This document shows, one piece after another, positions 1-8,006 of a stretch of DNA of 64,000 nt (the first letter of the stretch is position 1; each line of letters begins with the position of its first letter). A program made the translations under genes and the position numbers. The DNA comes from Bdellovibrionales bacterium (GTDB lineage: Bacteria > Bdellovibrionota > Bdellovibrionia > Bdellovibrionales > JAUICD01): positions 256,001-320,000 of the forward strand of contig OZ253553.1 in NCBI GenBank assembly GCA_965262715.1. The letters run 5' to 3'. The notes beneath the pieces were generated by a model. That model saw only the letters and a list, made by a program, of their open reading frames with translations, was not told the DNA's origin and did not search any database.

Positions 1-292
1 GACTTCTCCCACATTTACTTTGCACAACTCTTATCATATTGATAATTTTACTGTTGAGCATTTTGATTTGTTTCGATTAAAGAATGAGATAGACATAGAA
101 AGTATTGGGTTATGGGAAATTGCCCAGCAGAAATCTGCGATATTGATTATAGAGTGGGCAGAACGTTTAAAAGGAGTTTCTCTTATTCCTTCTCATTTAA
201 AGAAGGAATGGAACATTATAAATATTCATTTCTTTTACAAAGAAGATAAAGATGGTCAAATTTGTCGATATCTTCAGGTTCACTATGAATGA
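1..292 (+). CDS. tsaE: tRNA threonylcarbamoyladenosine biosynthesis ATPase TsaE, 3' part (5' end outside window)
   Basis: HFDLFRL and IIEWAERL motifs typical of the TsaE C-terminal half. Confidence 0.85.
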   Translation, partial: TSPTFTLHNSYHIDNFTVEHFDLFRLKNEIDIESIGLWEIAQQKSAILIIEWAERLKGVSLIPSHLKKEWNIINIHFFYKEDKDGQICRYLQVHYE

Positions 293-308
293 AATCTAGA
301 AGTGGCTT

Positions 309-470
309 CAAGGAAAAAATCTTTGAAGCAATAATTTGATATTTATGCCAAAAGTTCGTAGTTCTCGGATAATTGCTTTTGCAATTATCCTGCGGAAGAA
401 CTCGCTTTTTTTGGCATAAACATCAAATTTTAACTTACTGTAAAGATTTAGTGTGACTTGTAAGGAGAGG
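309..470. repeat. Palindromic repeat family R1, copy 1
   Basis: Nested inverted repeats (333-353/409-429; 367-376/381-390); related copy at 48524-48672. Confidence 0.85.
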
Positions 471-651
471 AGGTGGCAATCAGAAACCTGCTGTACATTT
501 TTAATTTCAAGACTTATCGTAAAAGGTAAATAGTCTCTTATTTATTGGTTATTTATGTACAAGGCTGTTATGAGCTGAAAATTTAGATGTCAAGATGAAA
601 GGAGGACGGGTTTATTCTATGAAAAAGTCCTAAAAAGGTGTTTATATCAAT

Positions 652-696
652 TTATCCTTGCAATTTTTCCATAATATGGATAATTTACAAGGATAA
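652..696. promoter_or_regulatory. Operator-like inverted repeat TTATCCTTG-N27-CAAGGATAA abutting ATPase start codon
   Basis: 9-bp perfect arms; same CCTTG-N27-CAAGG geometry upstream of paralog at 20940-20976. Confidence 0.6.
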
Positions 697-1865
697 TGAT
701 ACCAAGAATTGTAGAATCAGAAATTGAGAGAGGCTTAGATCGTCAAGCGGCAGTGGCTTTAATTGGTCCACGTCAAGTGGGTAAGACCACTTTAGCTTTT
801 GAAATAGCTCGCAAACACAATGGGTTTTACTTAGATTTAGAGAGTATAGATGACCGTCACCGGTTAACCCAGCCTGTTTTATTTTTTGATAGTATGGAGG
901 ATAGACTAGTTGTCTTGGACGAAATTCATAGAATGCCAGAATTGTTTCAAGTACTTCGAGGTGTTATTGATAAGAGGAGGCGTAAAAAGAAGGAACTAGG
1001 TCGATTTTTAATTTTAGGTTCTGCGTCTATTGATCTTTTAAATCGTTCTGGAGAAACATTAGCTGGTCGTATAGCTTATGTGGACTTATCTACACTATCA
1101 ATACTTGAAATAGAAAATACCCAAGTTGAGCGTGAAAGATTATGGTTAAGAGGTGGTTTTCCTGACAGTTATTTAGCAAAGAATGACAAGGACAGCTTTG
1201 CTCTCAGGAAGGATTTTATTAGAACTTACCTAGAAAGAGATGTAGCTTTATTTGGACCTCGTATTCCTTCTACAACTTTAGAGAGATTATGGATGATGTT
1301 AGCTCATCATCAAGGTCAGATTTTAAACGCTTCAAGATTAGCCAAAGCTTTAGAAGTTAGTACACAGTCGGTCAATCGCTATATAGATTTATTATCTGAT
1401 CTTTTGTTAATAAGACGTCTACCTTCTTATCGGGCAAATGTGAAGAAAAGGTTGGTTAAATCACCAAAAGTTTATATAAGAGATAGTGGATTGGTACATG
1501 CTCTTCTTGGACTTCAAACCTTTGAACAACTCTCTGGACATCCTATTATTGGTTTTAGTTGGGAAGGTTTTGTTTTAGAGATATTGTTGTCTGTGTTACC
1601 ATATCCTGCCTCAGCTTTTTTTTATAGAACAGCAGCTGGAGCAGAGATAGATATGGTTATTGATCGTGGAAGTGGTAATTTATGGGCCATTGAAATTAAA
1701 AGAAGTCTTTCTGGTCATGTTGAAAGAGGATTTTATCAGGCTTGTGCAGACCTGGATCCAGAAAGGGCTTTTGTTGTTTATGCTGGTGAGGATTCCTATC
1801 CTGTTTCTGATAATGTTCAAGCTATCAGTATATATGAAATGGCAAAACTAATACAGAAGCTTTGA
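696..1865 (+). CDS. AAA_14 ATPase with C-terminal DUF4143 (PD-(D/E)xK-like) domain
   Basis: GPRQVGKT Walker A, VLDEIH Walker B, GSAS, RLVKSPKVY.RDSG, EID...AIEIK. Confidence 0.9.
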   Translation: MIPRIVESEIERGLDRQAAVALIGPRQVGKTTLAFEIARKHNGFYLDLESIDDRHRLTQPVLFFDSMEDRLVVLDEIHRMPELFQVLRGVIDKRRRKKKELGRFLILGSASIDLLNRSGETLAGRIAYVDLSTLSILEIENTQVERERLWLRGGFPDSYLAKNDKDSFALRKDFIRTYLERDVALFGPRIPSTTLERLWMMLAHHQGQILNASRLAKALEVSTQSVNRYIDLLSDLLLIRRLPSYRANVKKRLVKSPKVYIRDSGLVHALLGLQTFEQLSGHPIIGFSWEGFVLEILLSVLPYPASAFFYRTAAGAEIDMVIDRGSGNLWAIEIKRSLSGHVERGFYQACADLDPERAFVVYAGEDSYPVSDNVQAISIYEMAKLIQKL

Positions 1866-1914
1866 TTTGATGTTTTAAGCCAATCCTTGAACAAGCTGAC
1901 TACCCAAAAGTGGT

Positions 1915-1967
1915 CAGAGGCTCGCCTCGAGAGGCTCGCCTCGAGAGGCCAGTTTATTTTTAGTGAA
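1915..1967 (+). repeat. Palindromic repeat family R2, partial copy with 14-bp tandem GAGGCTCGCCTCGA x2
   Basis: Matches the 3' half of 21876-22039. Confidence 0.7.
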
Positions 1968-3071
1968 CTAGGCAGCTTTATTGAATTTACTACGAGGAAA
2001 CGGAATACGATTTGATTCGATTTCTTCCATATAAGTTGGCAAAATCCCTGTAGGTTCTATTTGTCCTTTTAACTGGCCATCAGCTGCTTTTGTCAGTTTT
2101 TTAATTTCATAGATAGTTCTAAGGTTGTAGAAGCCTTTATGATCATAGTTGATCACTTCAGCTATACTTTGAATGCGACGTCTGCCATCAGAAAAACGAG
2201 ATATTTGCACAATAAGATCAATAGCTGATCCGATTTGTTGATTTAATGCTTTTTCACTAATTTTAGCATCACCTCCCATGGCCAGAGCTTCTAGTCGTAC
2301 CAGCGAGTCTTCAGGGGAGTTAGAATGAATAGTTCCAAAACATCCTTTATGTCCTGTATTCATTGCGCTGATAAGCTCTAGAGCTTCTGCGCCTCTGACT
2401 TCTCCTACGATGATACGATCGGGTCTTAGTCTCAGGCTACTTTTAAGGAGGTTTCTGATAGTCACTTCTCCGTTACCTTGTTCGTCTGCCATTTTTGTTT
2501 CAAAAAAGACCACATGTTCATATTCGATAGAGAGTTCAGAAGCATCTTCAATCACAATAATTCTTTGTCCTTTAGGGATACGTCCTGCCAGAAGTCCAAG
2601 AAGAGTGGTTTTACCTGATCCTGTACCTCCACTGATGAGGCAGTTCTTACCTAAAAAGACAGAAAGATCGAGAAACTGAGCTGCATCTGGTGTAATGGTT
2701 TGAAAACGAATATAGTCTTTTAAGGTCATTTGCACTTTGGAAGTCTTTCGAATGGCGATTGTTGTGCCGTTTCTTGCACAGGGAGGGATAACTGCATGGA
2801 TACGATAGTTTCTAGGAGGGGGCAATCTAGCATCTAATGTAGGATTTTCATGGTCAATCACCCGACCCACACTTTGCGCTATGTTATTGATAGCAGCTAT
2901 GAGATTATCTTCATTTATAAACTGATTAGGGACCTTATGAATTTTTCCTTTACTTTCTACAAATATCTCTTTTGGGCCATTGATCATCACCTCAGATATA
3001 CTTTCATCTGCTAAGAGATCGGCAATAGGTTCTAAAAAATTATCTATGGAACTGCTAAAAACATCACTCAT
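1968..3071 (-). CDS. cpaF: Tad/Flp pilus assembly ATPase (CpaF/TadA family)
   Basis: EVMING, LDARLP, GGTGSGKTT, LRLRPDRIIVGEVRG, MNTGH motifs. Confidence 0.9.
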   Translation of the reverse strand: MSDVFSSSIDNFLEPIADLLADESISEVMINGPKEIFVESKGKIHKVPNQFINEDNLIAAINNIAQSVGRVIDHENPTLDARLPPPRNYRIHAVIPPCARNGTTIAIRKTSKVQMTLKDYIRFQTITPDAAQFLDLSVFLGKNCLISGGTGSGKTTLLGLLAGRIPKGQRIIVIEDASELSIEYEHVVFFETKMADEQGNGEVTIRNLLKSSLRLRPDRIIVGEVRGAEALELISAMNTGHKGCFGTIHSNSPEDSLVRLEALAMGGDAKISEKALNQQIGSAIDLIVQISRFSDGRRRIQSIAEVINYDHKGFYNLRTIYEIKKLTKAADGQLKGQIEPTGILPTYMEEIESNRIPFPRSKFNKAA

Positions 3072-3220
3072 ATTAGCCTTTTTTGTTTTTTCAATTGAAT
3101 TGACGTGTTATATAGTCTATATCGACATTTATAGCTGGTAATTTAAATAATGAAGAACACTTGTTAAAAAATTTTAATAAGTTCTTCTTTTTTTCAGATT
3201 TTGTTTGGAGATAAAAAGAT

Positions 3221-3766
3221 ATGCAGTTACCTAAAAGTGAATCTTTGTTATTGTATGAGACATCTTCTATACCTCAAGGATACTTGTCTGTAAGTGGGTT
3301 ACTTGAAAAGTTTGATATTCATATACTAGAGGCAAGCCCTATTGCTCCTGGAAAACTTATAGTTTTGGCAAATCCACTTTTAGAGGATTTAGAAAAGGCC
3401 TTTAGCTTTATACAAACATCATTTGAAGGTGAACTCATTGAAATTGTTTCTATCGAAAAAGTGCAAAAAGAGGTTCTCTTTGCCTTTTATGCCCTCAATC
3501 AAACGGCTCTACAAGAAATGTTATTAGTGATAGAAGTATCTTCTTCTGTATCTGCTATAGATATAACAAATACTCTTAATAAAGAGGGTTTACTTGCTCC
3601 TATTGAAATTAGGTCTTCTCGGGGTTTAGGAAATAAGTCTCTTGTTTACGCTACTTTTCAGAAAAAGTGTCAGGAGCAAATACAGCAAATTTTAAGGCAG
3701 AAAAGGCAAGTATTAGATTTCACATTTTTTTCTACTAGTCATTCCTACTGGGATGGCCTATTTTAA
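3221..3766 (+). CDS. Divergent tandem BMC-domain shell protein (BMC-T, PduT-like)
   Basis: ETSSIPQG / SPIAPGK.IVL and VIEVSS..SAID / IEIR..RGLGNKS resemble the two PduT-type BMC repeats; 181 aa fits. Confidence 0.6.
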   Translation: MQLPKSESLLLYETSSIPQGYLSVSGLLEKFDIHILEASPIAPGKLIVLANPLLEDLEKAFSFIQTSFEGELIEIVSIEKVQKEVLFAFYALNQTALQEMLLVIEVSSSVSAIDITNTLNKEGLLAPIEIRSSRGLGNKSLVYATFQKKCQEQIQQILRQKRQVLDFTFFSTSHSYWDGLF

Positions 3767-3897
3767 TTGAGGTAAATATATTGTTATGTGCAGGGTGAGA
3801 TAATAAATAAGTTGCACTTGCTATTTGAACTTATGAGATTAAAAGAAATGCAAATCAAAAAGAAACATTTATTCAATAAGTCTCTTTTAAGGAGATA

Positions 3898-4029
3898 CTA
3901 GGCACAAACTTTATGAATAAGTTTAGAAATATTTTCAAGCGTTGGATTACCTTCTTCTGAAAGCATTCTAAAAAAAGTTCTTTTGGAAACTCCTATTTCC
4001 TTTGCTAATTCCTTTTTCTTAAGAGTACT
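3898..4029 (-). pseudogene. C-terminal remnant of HTH addiction-module antidote protein
   Basis: Manual translation KKELAKEIGVSKRTFFRMLSEEGNPTLENISKLIHKVCA*, in-frame stop upstream and no start codon. Confidence 0.65.
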
Positions 4030-4104
4030 TCAAGCTTTGATGGAGCTCTAGCCATCGAGCTTACTGTGTAAACAATGGTTATTTACAATAAAGAGAAAGT
4101 AGTT

Positions 4105-4932
4105 CTATTTTAATTCTAGAGATTGTTTTTGCAAATCATCTGGATACACTACGTCTTTGAGATAAAGTCCTAAGGCAGGTGCTGTGCTATAGGCTTTTCT
4201 TCTATCTTTAGCTTCTATGATTTGGCGCAGATGGTTAATGTCCATTTTTTTAAATTCCATCCATAGGAATGTTCCTAGGATATTTCGCACCATTTGCTTA
4301 AGAAAACCATCTGCTTCAATCTGAAATTCTACAAAACATCTTTTGTCATACTTCATATAAGTACGCCAATTTCCAAAAGACCAATTTGCAGAAAAGATAG
4401 CACAATGGGTATCTTGAATATCTGATCCTGAATTTTGAAAACTTTTAAAATCTTTTTGTCCTAAAAGTAAACTAGCAAGCTGATTAAGGTAGTCTAAGTC
4501 TAGAGGGCGAGAGACCCAGTAAGCATAATTGGTTATAAAAGGGTTTGAATGTGGAGCATTAAAAATACGATAGACATATACTTTTTTAAGGGCACTTTTT
4601 CTTGCATGAAAATTGTCTGGAACGATATAAGCTTTTTTGATGAGAATATCACTGGGAAGTTGAGAACTTAAAGCTTTGACTACGTGAAGTGTTTTTGAAG
4701 TAATTCTGTCGATAAGAGGAGTGTCAATAAGATCAAAATGGGCGATTTGATTTTCTGCATGTACTCCTGTATCTGTACGCCCTGATCCATGTAGGACAAT
4801 CTCTTTTTGAAAAATAACCTTAAGCACTTTTTGTATTTGCTCTTGAATGGTCATTTGGGTATGAGGTTGAATTTGCCAACCTTGATAACCCTGACCGCTA
4901 TAACAAACATCTATTCGAAGTCTCATAATCAT
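4105..4932 (-). CDS. truA: tRNA pseudouridine(38-40) synthase TruA
   Basis: GWQIQ, GSGRTDTGVHA, FHAR.SA, GFLKQMVR motifs. Confidence 0.95.
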   Translation of the reverse strand: MIMRLRIDVCYSGQGYQGWQIQPHTQMTIQEQIQKVLKVIFQKEIVLHGSGRTDTGVHAENQIAHFDLIDTPLIDRITSKTLHVVKALSSQLPSDILIKKAYIVPDNFHARKSALKKVYVYRIFNAPHSNPFITNYAYWVSRPLDLDYLNQLASLLLGQKDFKSFQNSGSDIQDTHCAIFSANWSFGNWRTYMKYDKRCFVEFQIEADGFLKQMVRNILGTFLWMEFKKMDINHLRQIIEAKDRRKAYSTAPALGLYLKDVVYPDDLQKQSLELK

Positions 4933-5127
4933 CTCACAACTTAAGAGACTTCAATAGCATGATATTTTCATCTGTTACAAGCACTAATTATAAAAAAGAG
5001 CTGTGCAAGGTATCTTATTCAAATGAAAACTGACTATACTCTTTATAATTAAAGCAGGTTCCTGTTATACAGCTTACACCTTCACAATCATTTTTACATT
5101 CTTATTTAAAGATATCACTGTTTTTAT
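4820..5127 (-). repeat. Outer inverted repeat (truA upstream region plus first ~38 codons), partner 45608-45912
   Basis: Reverse complement aligns to 45608-45912 with scattered substitutions. Confidence 0.9.
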
Positions 5128-5181
5128 ACCCTACTGAAAACCGAAAGGATTTATCCCATGAAGACAATCTTCACTACTTTT
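5018..5181 (+). repeat. 164-bp target-site duplication, left copy
   Basis: Same sequence at 7178-7341 (offset 2160); both copies abut the IS terminal repeats. Confidence 0.95.
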
Positions 5182-7177
5182 CCTGACTTCAGCGTTTTTG
5201 TTTAAAGAGGAAGTTTTTTTCAAGTTTTTTCATTAAATTTCGTTATTGAGAGCGGGTTTATTTTGATTTGAGGCTGAAACAGCTATTTATTTTTATTTTG
5301 TGTGGCCCTAAGCCCTTGACAGATTTTGAGAGTTACTTCATAGTTATTTTATGTATATCAAAGAGACTAAAAAAGCCAATGGTAAGATATCCATACGGAT
5401 CATGAAGTCTATCCGTAGAGGTGAGAAAGTGACTCATCATACAGTAAGTAGTCTTGGTTGCTGTTTTGAGAATCAATTGGATTTTTATAAAAAGAATGCA
5501 AAGACCTTATTAGATCGTTTAGAAAAAGAAGAAGCAGAAAAAATGTCAATACTTCTTCCAGGAATGAAAGAATATTGTGACAGCATAGAACCGGTTTCTA
5601 AACAACCAAGGTCAAGAAAAAAGAGTGTTAAAGTTAAAAAGAAAGCATCTTCTCATTTTAAAATCATACTTTCATCAGAAGCAAAAGAGCGATGTCGAGT
5701 GATTAGTGGCATACAGAGTGTTTTTGGAACAATATATAATCAATTAGATTTTAATAATCTTATAAAAGGTAAGAGTCAAAAAACGAAGCAATATAATGAG
5801 TTATTAAAGCTGTGTGTTTTATCTCGGATAGCTCAACCAGAGTCTAAGCGAAAGACAGTAGATACATTAGGATTAGATTATAACAAAGAGATTTCTTTAG
5901 ATCAGGTTTATCGGATGATGGATAAACTTCATACTCGTATACCTGAATTAAAAAAGCAAATTTCAGATCATACATTAAGTCTTTTCAATCAAGAGGTGGA
6001 TGTTTTATTTTTTGATGTAACGACATTATACTTTGAAAGTTTGACAAAAGATGATCTGAAGGACTTTGGATTTAGTAAAGATTGTAAGTTCAAAGAAGTT
6101 CAAGTGGTTTTAGCTTTAATAACAAATTCAGAAGGTCATCCATTAATTTATCAGTTATTTCCTGGAAATACGAGTGAAGGCAGCACTCTTATTCATGTGA
6201 TTCAAGATTTAAAGAAACACTTTAGTGTTAAGAGAGTTATCTTAGTAGCGGATCGAGCTATGTTTACAGATAAGAATTTAAGTTTTATGGAGAAAGAGAA
6301 TATCCAATATATAGTTTCAGCCAAGCTCAAGCAATTTTCAAGAGATAAGAAAGCAGAGATTTTATCAGCTTCTAAGAAAGGTGAAGATGTCAGTATATTC
6401 AATGAATCACAAAGAATGAAAGAGTTAGATCATAATGGTCGCAGATTATTAGTGAGTTATTCTATCATGAGAGCTAAGAAGGATAAAGCAGATAGAGATA
6501 GACTCATTGATCGATTAATGAAGAAAGCAATAGATGATAAGATTTCCACTAAGTCTCTTATTTCTAATTATGGAACTAAGAAGTACATAAAGATAGAAGA
6601 TAGCAAAGCGACTATCAATAGGAATAAGATTAAAGAGGATTCTCACTGGGATGGTCTCTACGGAGTTATAACTAATATTAAAGATCAAAGTATGCAGAGT
6701 TTATTTACTCGCTATAGAGGCCTCTGGAAGATAGAAGAGGCATTTAGAGTGAATAAACATACATTGAGAATGAGACCGATATATCATTGGAAGAAAAGAA
6801 GGATAGAGTCTCATATAGCGATATGTTTTTTAGCCTATGCTTTATCGTATCATATCAAGCACAGACTTAAGACAAAAAATATTAATTTAAGTATTCAAAA
6901 GATTAAAGAGATCTTAAAGAGGGATCAGTATTCAATTATAGAAGACCCAAAGACTCATCAATTATATCAATTAGCATCTTCATCAACAAAAACTTTAGAA
7001 GCTATATACAAGATTTTTGAGCTTAAAAGAAAGACAGGACTTACAAAAATAACAGAAAACCCGCAAACCCTTAATACATAAGCCTTTTAAGTAACCTCGA
7101 TGTCAAATGTGTGGCCCCAAGAAAATCGTAAGTGCTTGATTATAAAGAACTTTGCCTTTCAAAATGCTGAAGTCAGG
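5182..7177 (+). mobile_element. IS1634-family insertion sequence (element A)
   Basis: TIRs CCTGACTTCAGC(G/A)TTTT at 5182 and 7177; single DDE transposase; long flanking direct repeat. Confidence 0.95.
5351..7081 (+). CDS. IS1634-family DDE transposase
   Basis: FFDVTTLYFES, GFSKD, FPGNTSE, VADRAM, Y..LWKIEEAFR..K..L.MRPIYHW. Confidence 0.95.
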   Translation: MYIKETKKANGKISIRIMKSIRRGEKVTHHTVSSLGCCFENQLDFYKKNAKTLLDRLEKEEAEKMSILLPGMKEYCDSIEPVSKQPRSRKKSVKVKKKASSHFKIILSSEAKERCRVISGIQSVFGTIYNQLDFNNLIKGKSQKTKQYNELLKLCVLSRIAQPESKRKTVDTLGLDYNKEISLDQVYRMMDKLHTRIPELKKQISDHTLSLFNQEVDVLFFDVTTLYFESLTKDDLKDFGFSKDCKFKEVQVVLALITNSEGHPLIYQLFPGNTSEGSTLIHVIQDLKKHFSVKRVILVADRAMFTDKNLSFMEKENIQYIVSAKLKQFSRDKKAEILSASKKGEDVSIFNESQRMKELDHNGRRLLVSYSIMRAKKDKADRDRLIDRLMKKAIDDKISTKSLISNYGTKKYIKIEDSKATINRNKIKEDSHWDGLYGVITNIKDQSMQSLFTRYRGLWKIEEAFRVNKHTLRMRPIYHWKKRRIESHIAICFLAYALSYHIKHRLKTKNINLSIQKIKEILKRDQYSIIEDPKTHQLYQLASSSTKTLEAIYKIFELKRKTGLTKITENPQTLNT

Positions 7178-7341
7178 TTCAAATGAAAACTGACTATACT
7201 CTTTATAATTAAAGCAGGTTCCTGTTATACAGCTTACACCTTCACAATCATTTTTACATTCTTATTTAAAGATATCACTGTTTTTATACCCTACTGAAAA
7301 CCGAAAGGATTTATCCCATGAAGACAATCTTCACTACTTTT
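7178..7341 (+). repeat. 164-bp target-site duplication, right copy
   Basis: Matches 5018-5181. Confidence 0.95.
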
Positions 7342-7746
7342 GAGGCGATCGATATGTTTTAGAGGAGTATAGAGTAGGTATAATTATAGAAGGGCATGGT
7401 GATAAAGAGAAGAGGGATACAATAGTCTTAGCTGATATAAGTGTAGAAAAGTTATTTAGAATTAATGGTTTTTCAAATGACACCTTGTTGAGACATGTTC
7501 ACAGATATTTGATGAAATATAGCTATTTCCAGTACAATTTCCATCTGTTTACAGTATTTTCTATTGTATGTTGATGAAGCGTCGTAGCTTTACCACCAGA
7601 AGGGTATTTTCATTCAACATTCAGTAAAAGTCCAAATACAACTTGTGTACAATCAGTCAATTGTTGTATACTTTTTTAACTCTATAAATCTAACAAATCA
7701 ATTATTTCAATAACTTATAACTCTCAAAAATCTCTTATCCATGAAC

Positions 7747-7908
7747 TCAGTCACTACCACCACCATCTTCACCACTAGGAAATTCGCCCGAACAAACCTC
7801 GGAATTTATTGCTTGGCCATCTGCACCCATTACCCCGTGACATATCCACGAACACTCCATCCGACCGGCATTCGGTTCTGAACATTCAGGCGGTGAATGA
7901 GACCCCAT
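7747..7908 (-). pseudogene. Orphan C-terminal tip of the Cys-rich pilin-like protein family (53 aa)
   Basis: Manual translation MGSHSPPECSEPNAGRMECSWICHGVMGADGQAINSEVCSGEFPSGEDGGGSD* aligns with the C-terminus of copy B. Confidence 0.65.
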
Positions 7909-8006
7909 AGATTGTTATACCGGTGTCAACAGTGGACATTCATTACGACGCATTACAAATGACTATTCATGGTAGTATAGTAGTGGATGTGATGATGGTA
8001 CTATAT

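Noticed and set aside
7288..7640. Further orphan Cys-rich tips between IS element A and the 7747 remnant
   Set aside because: Only short Cys-containing stretches (e.g. DGNCTGNSYISSNICEH) broken by stops; similarity too weak to support by eye.
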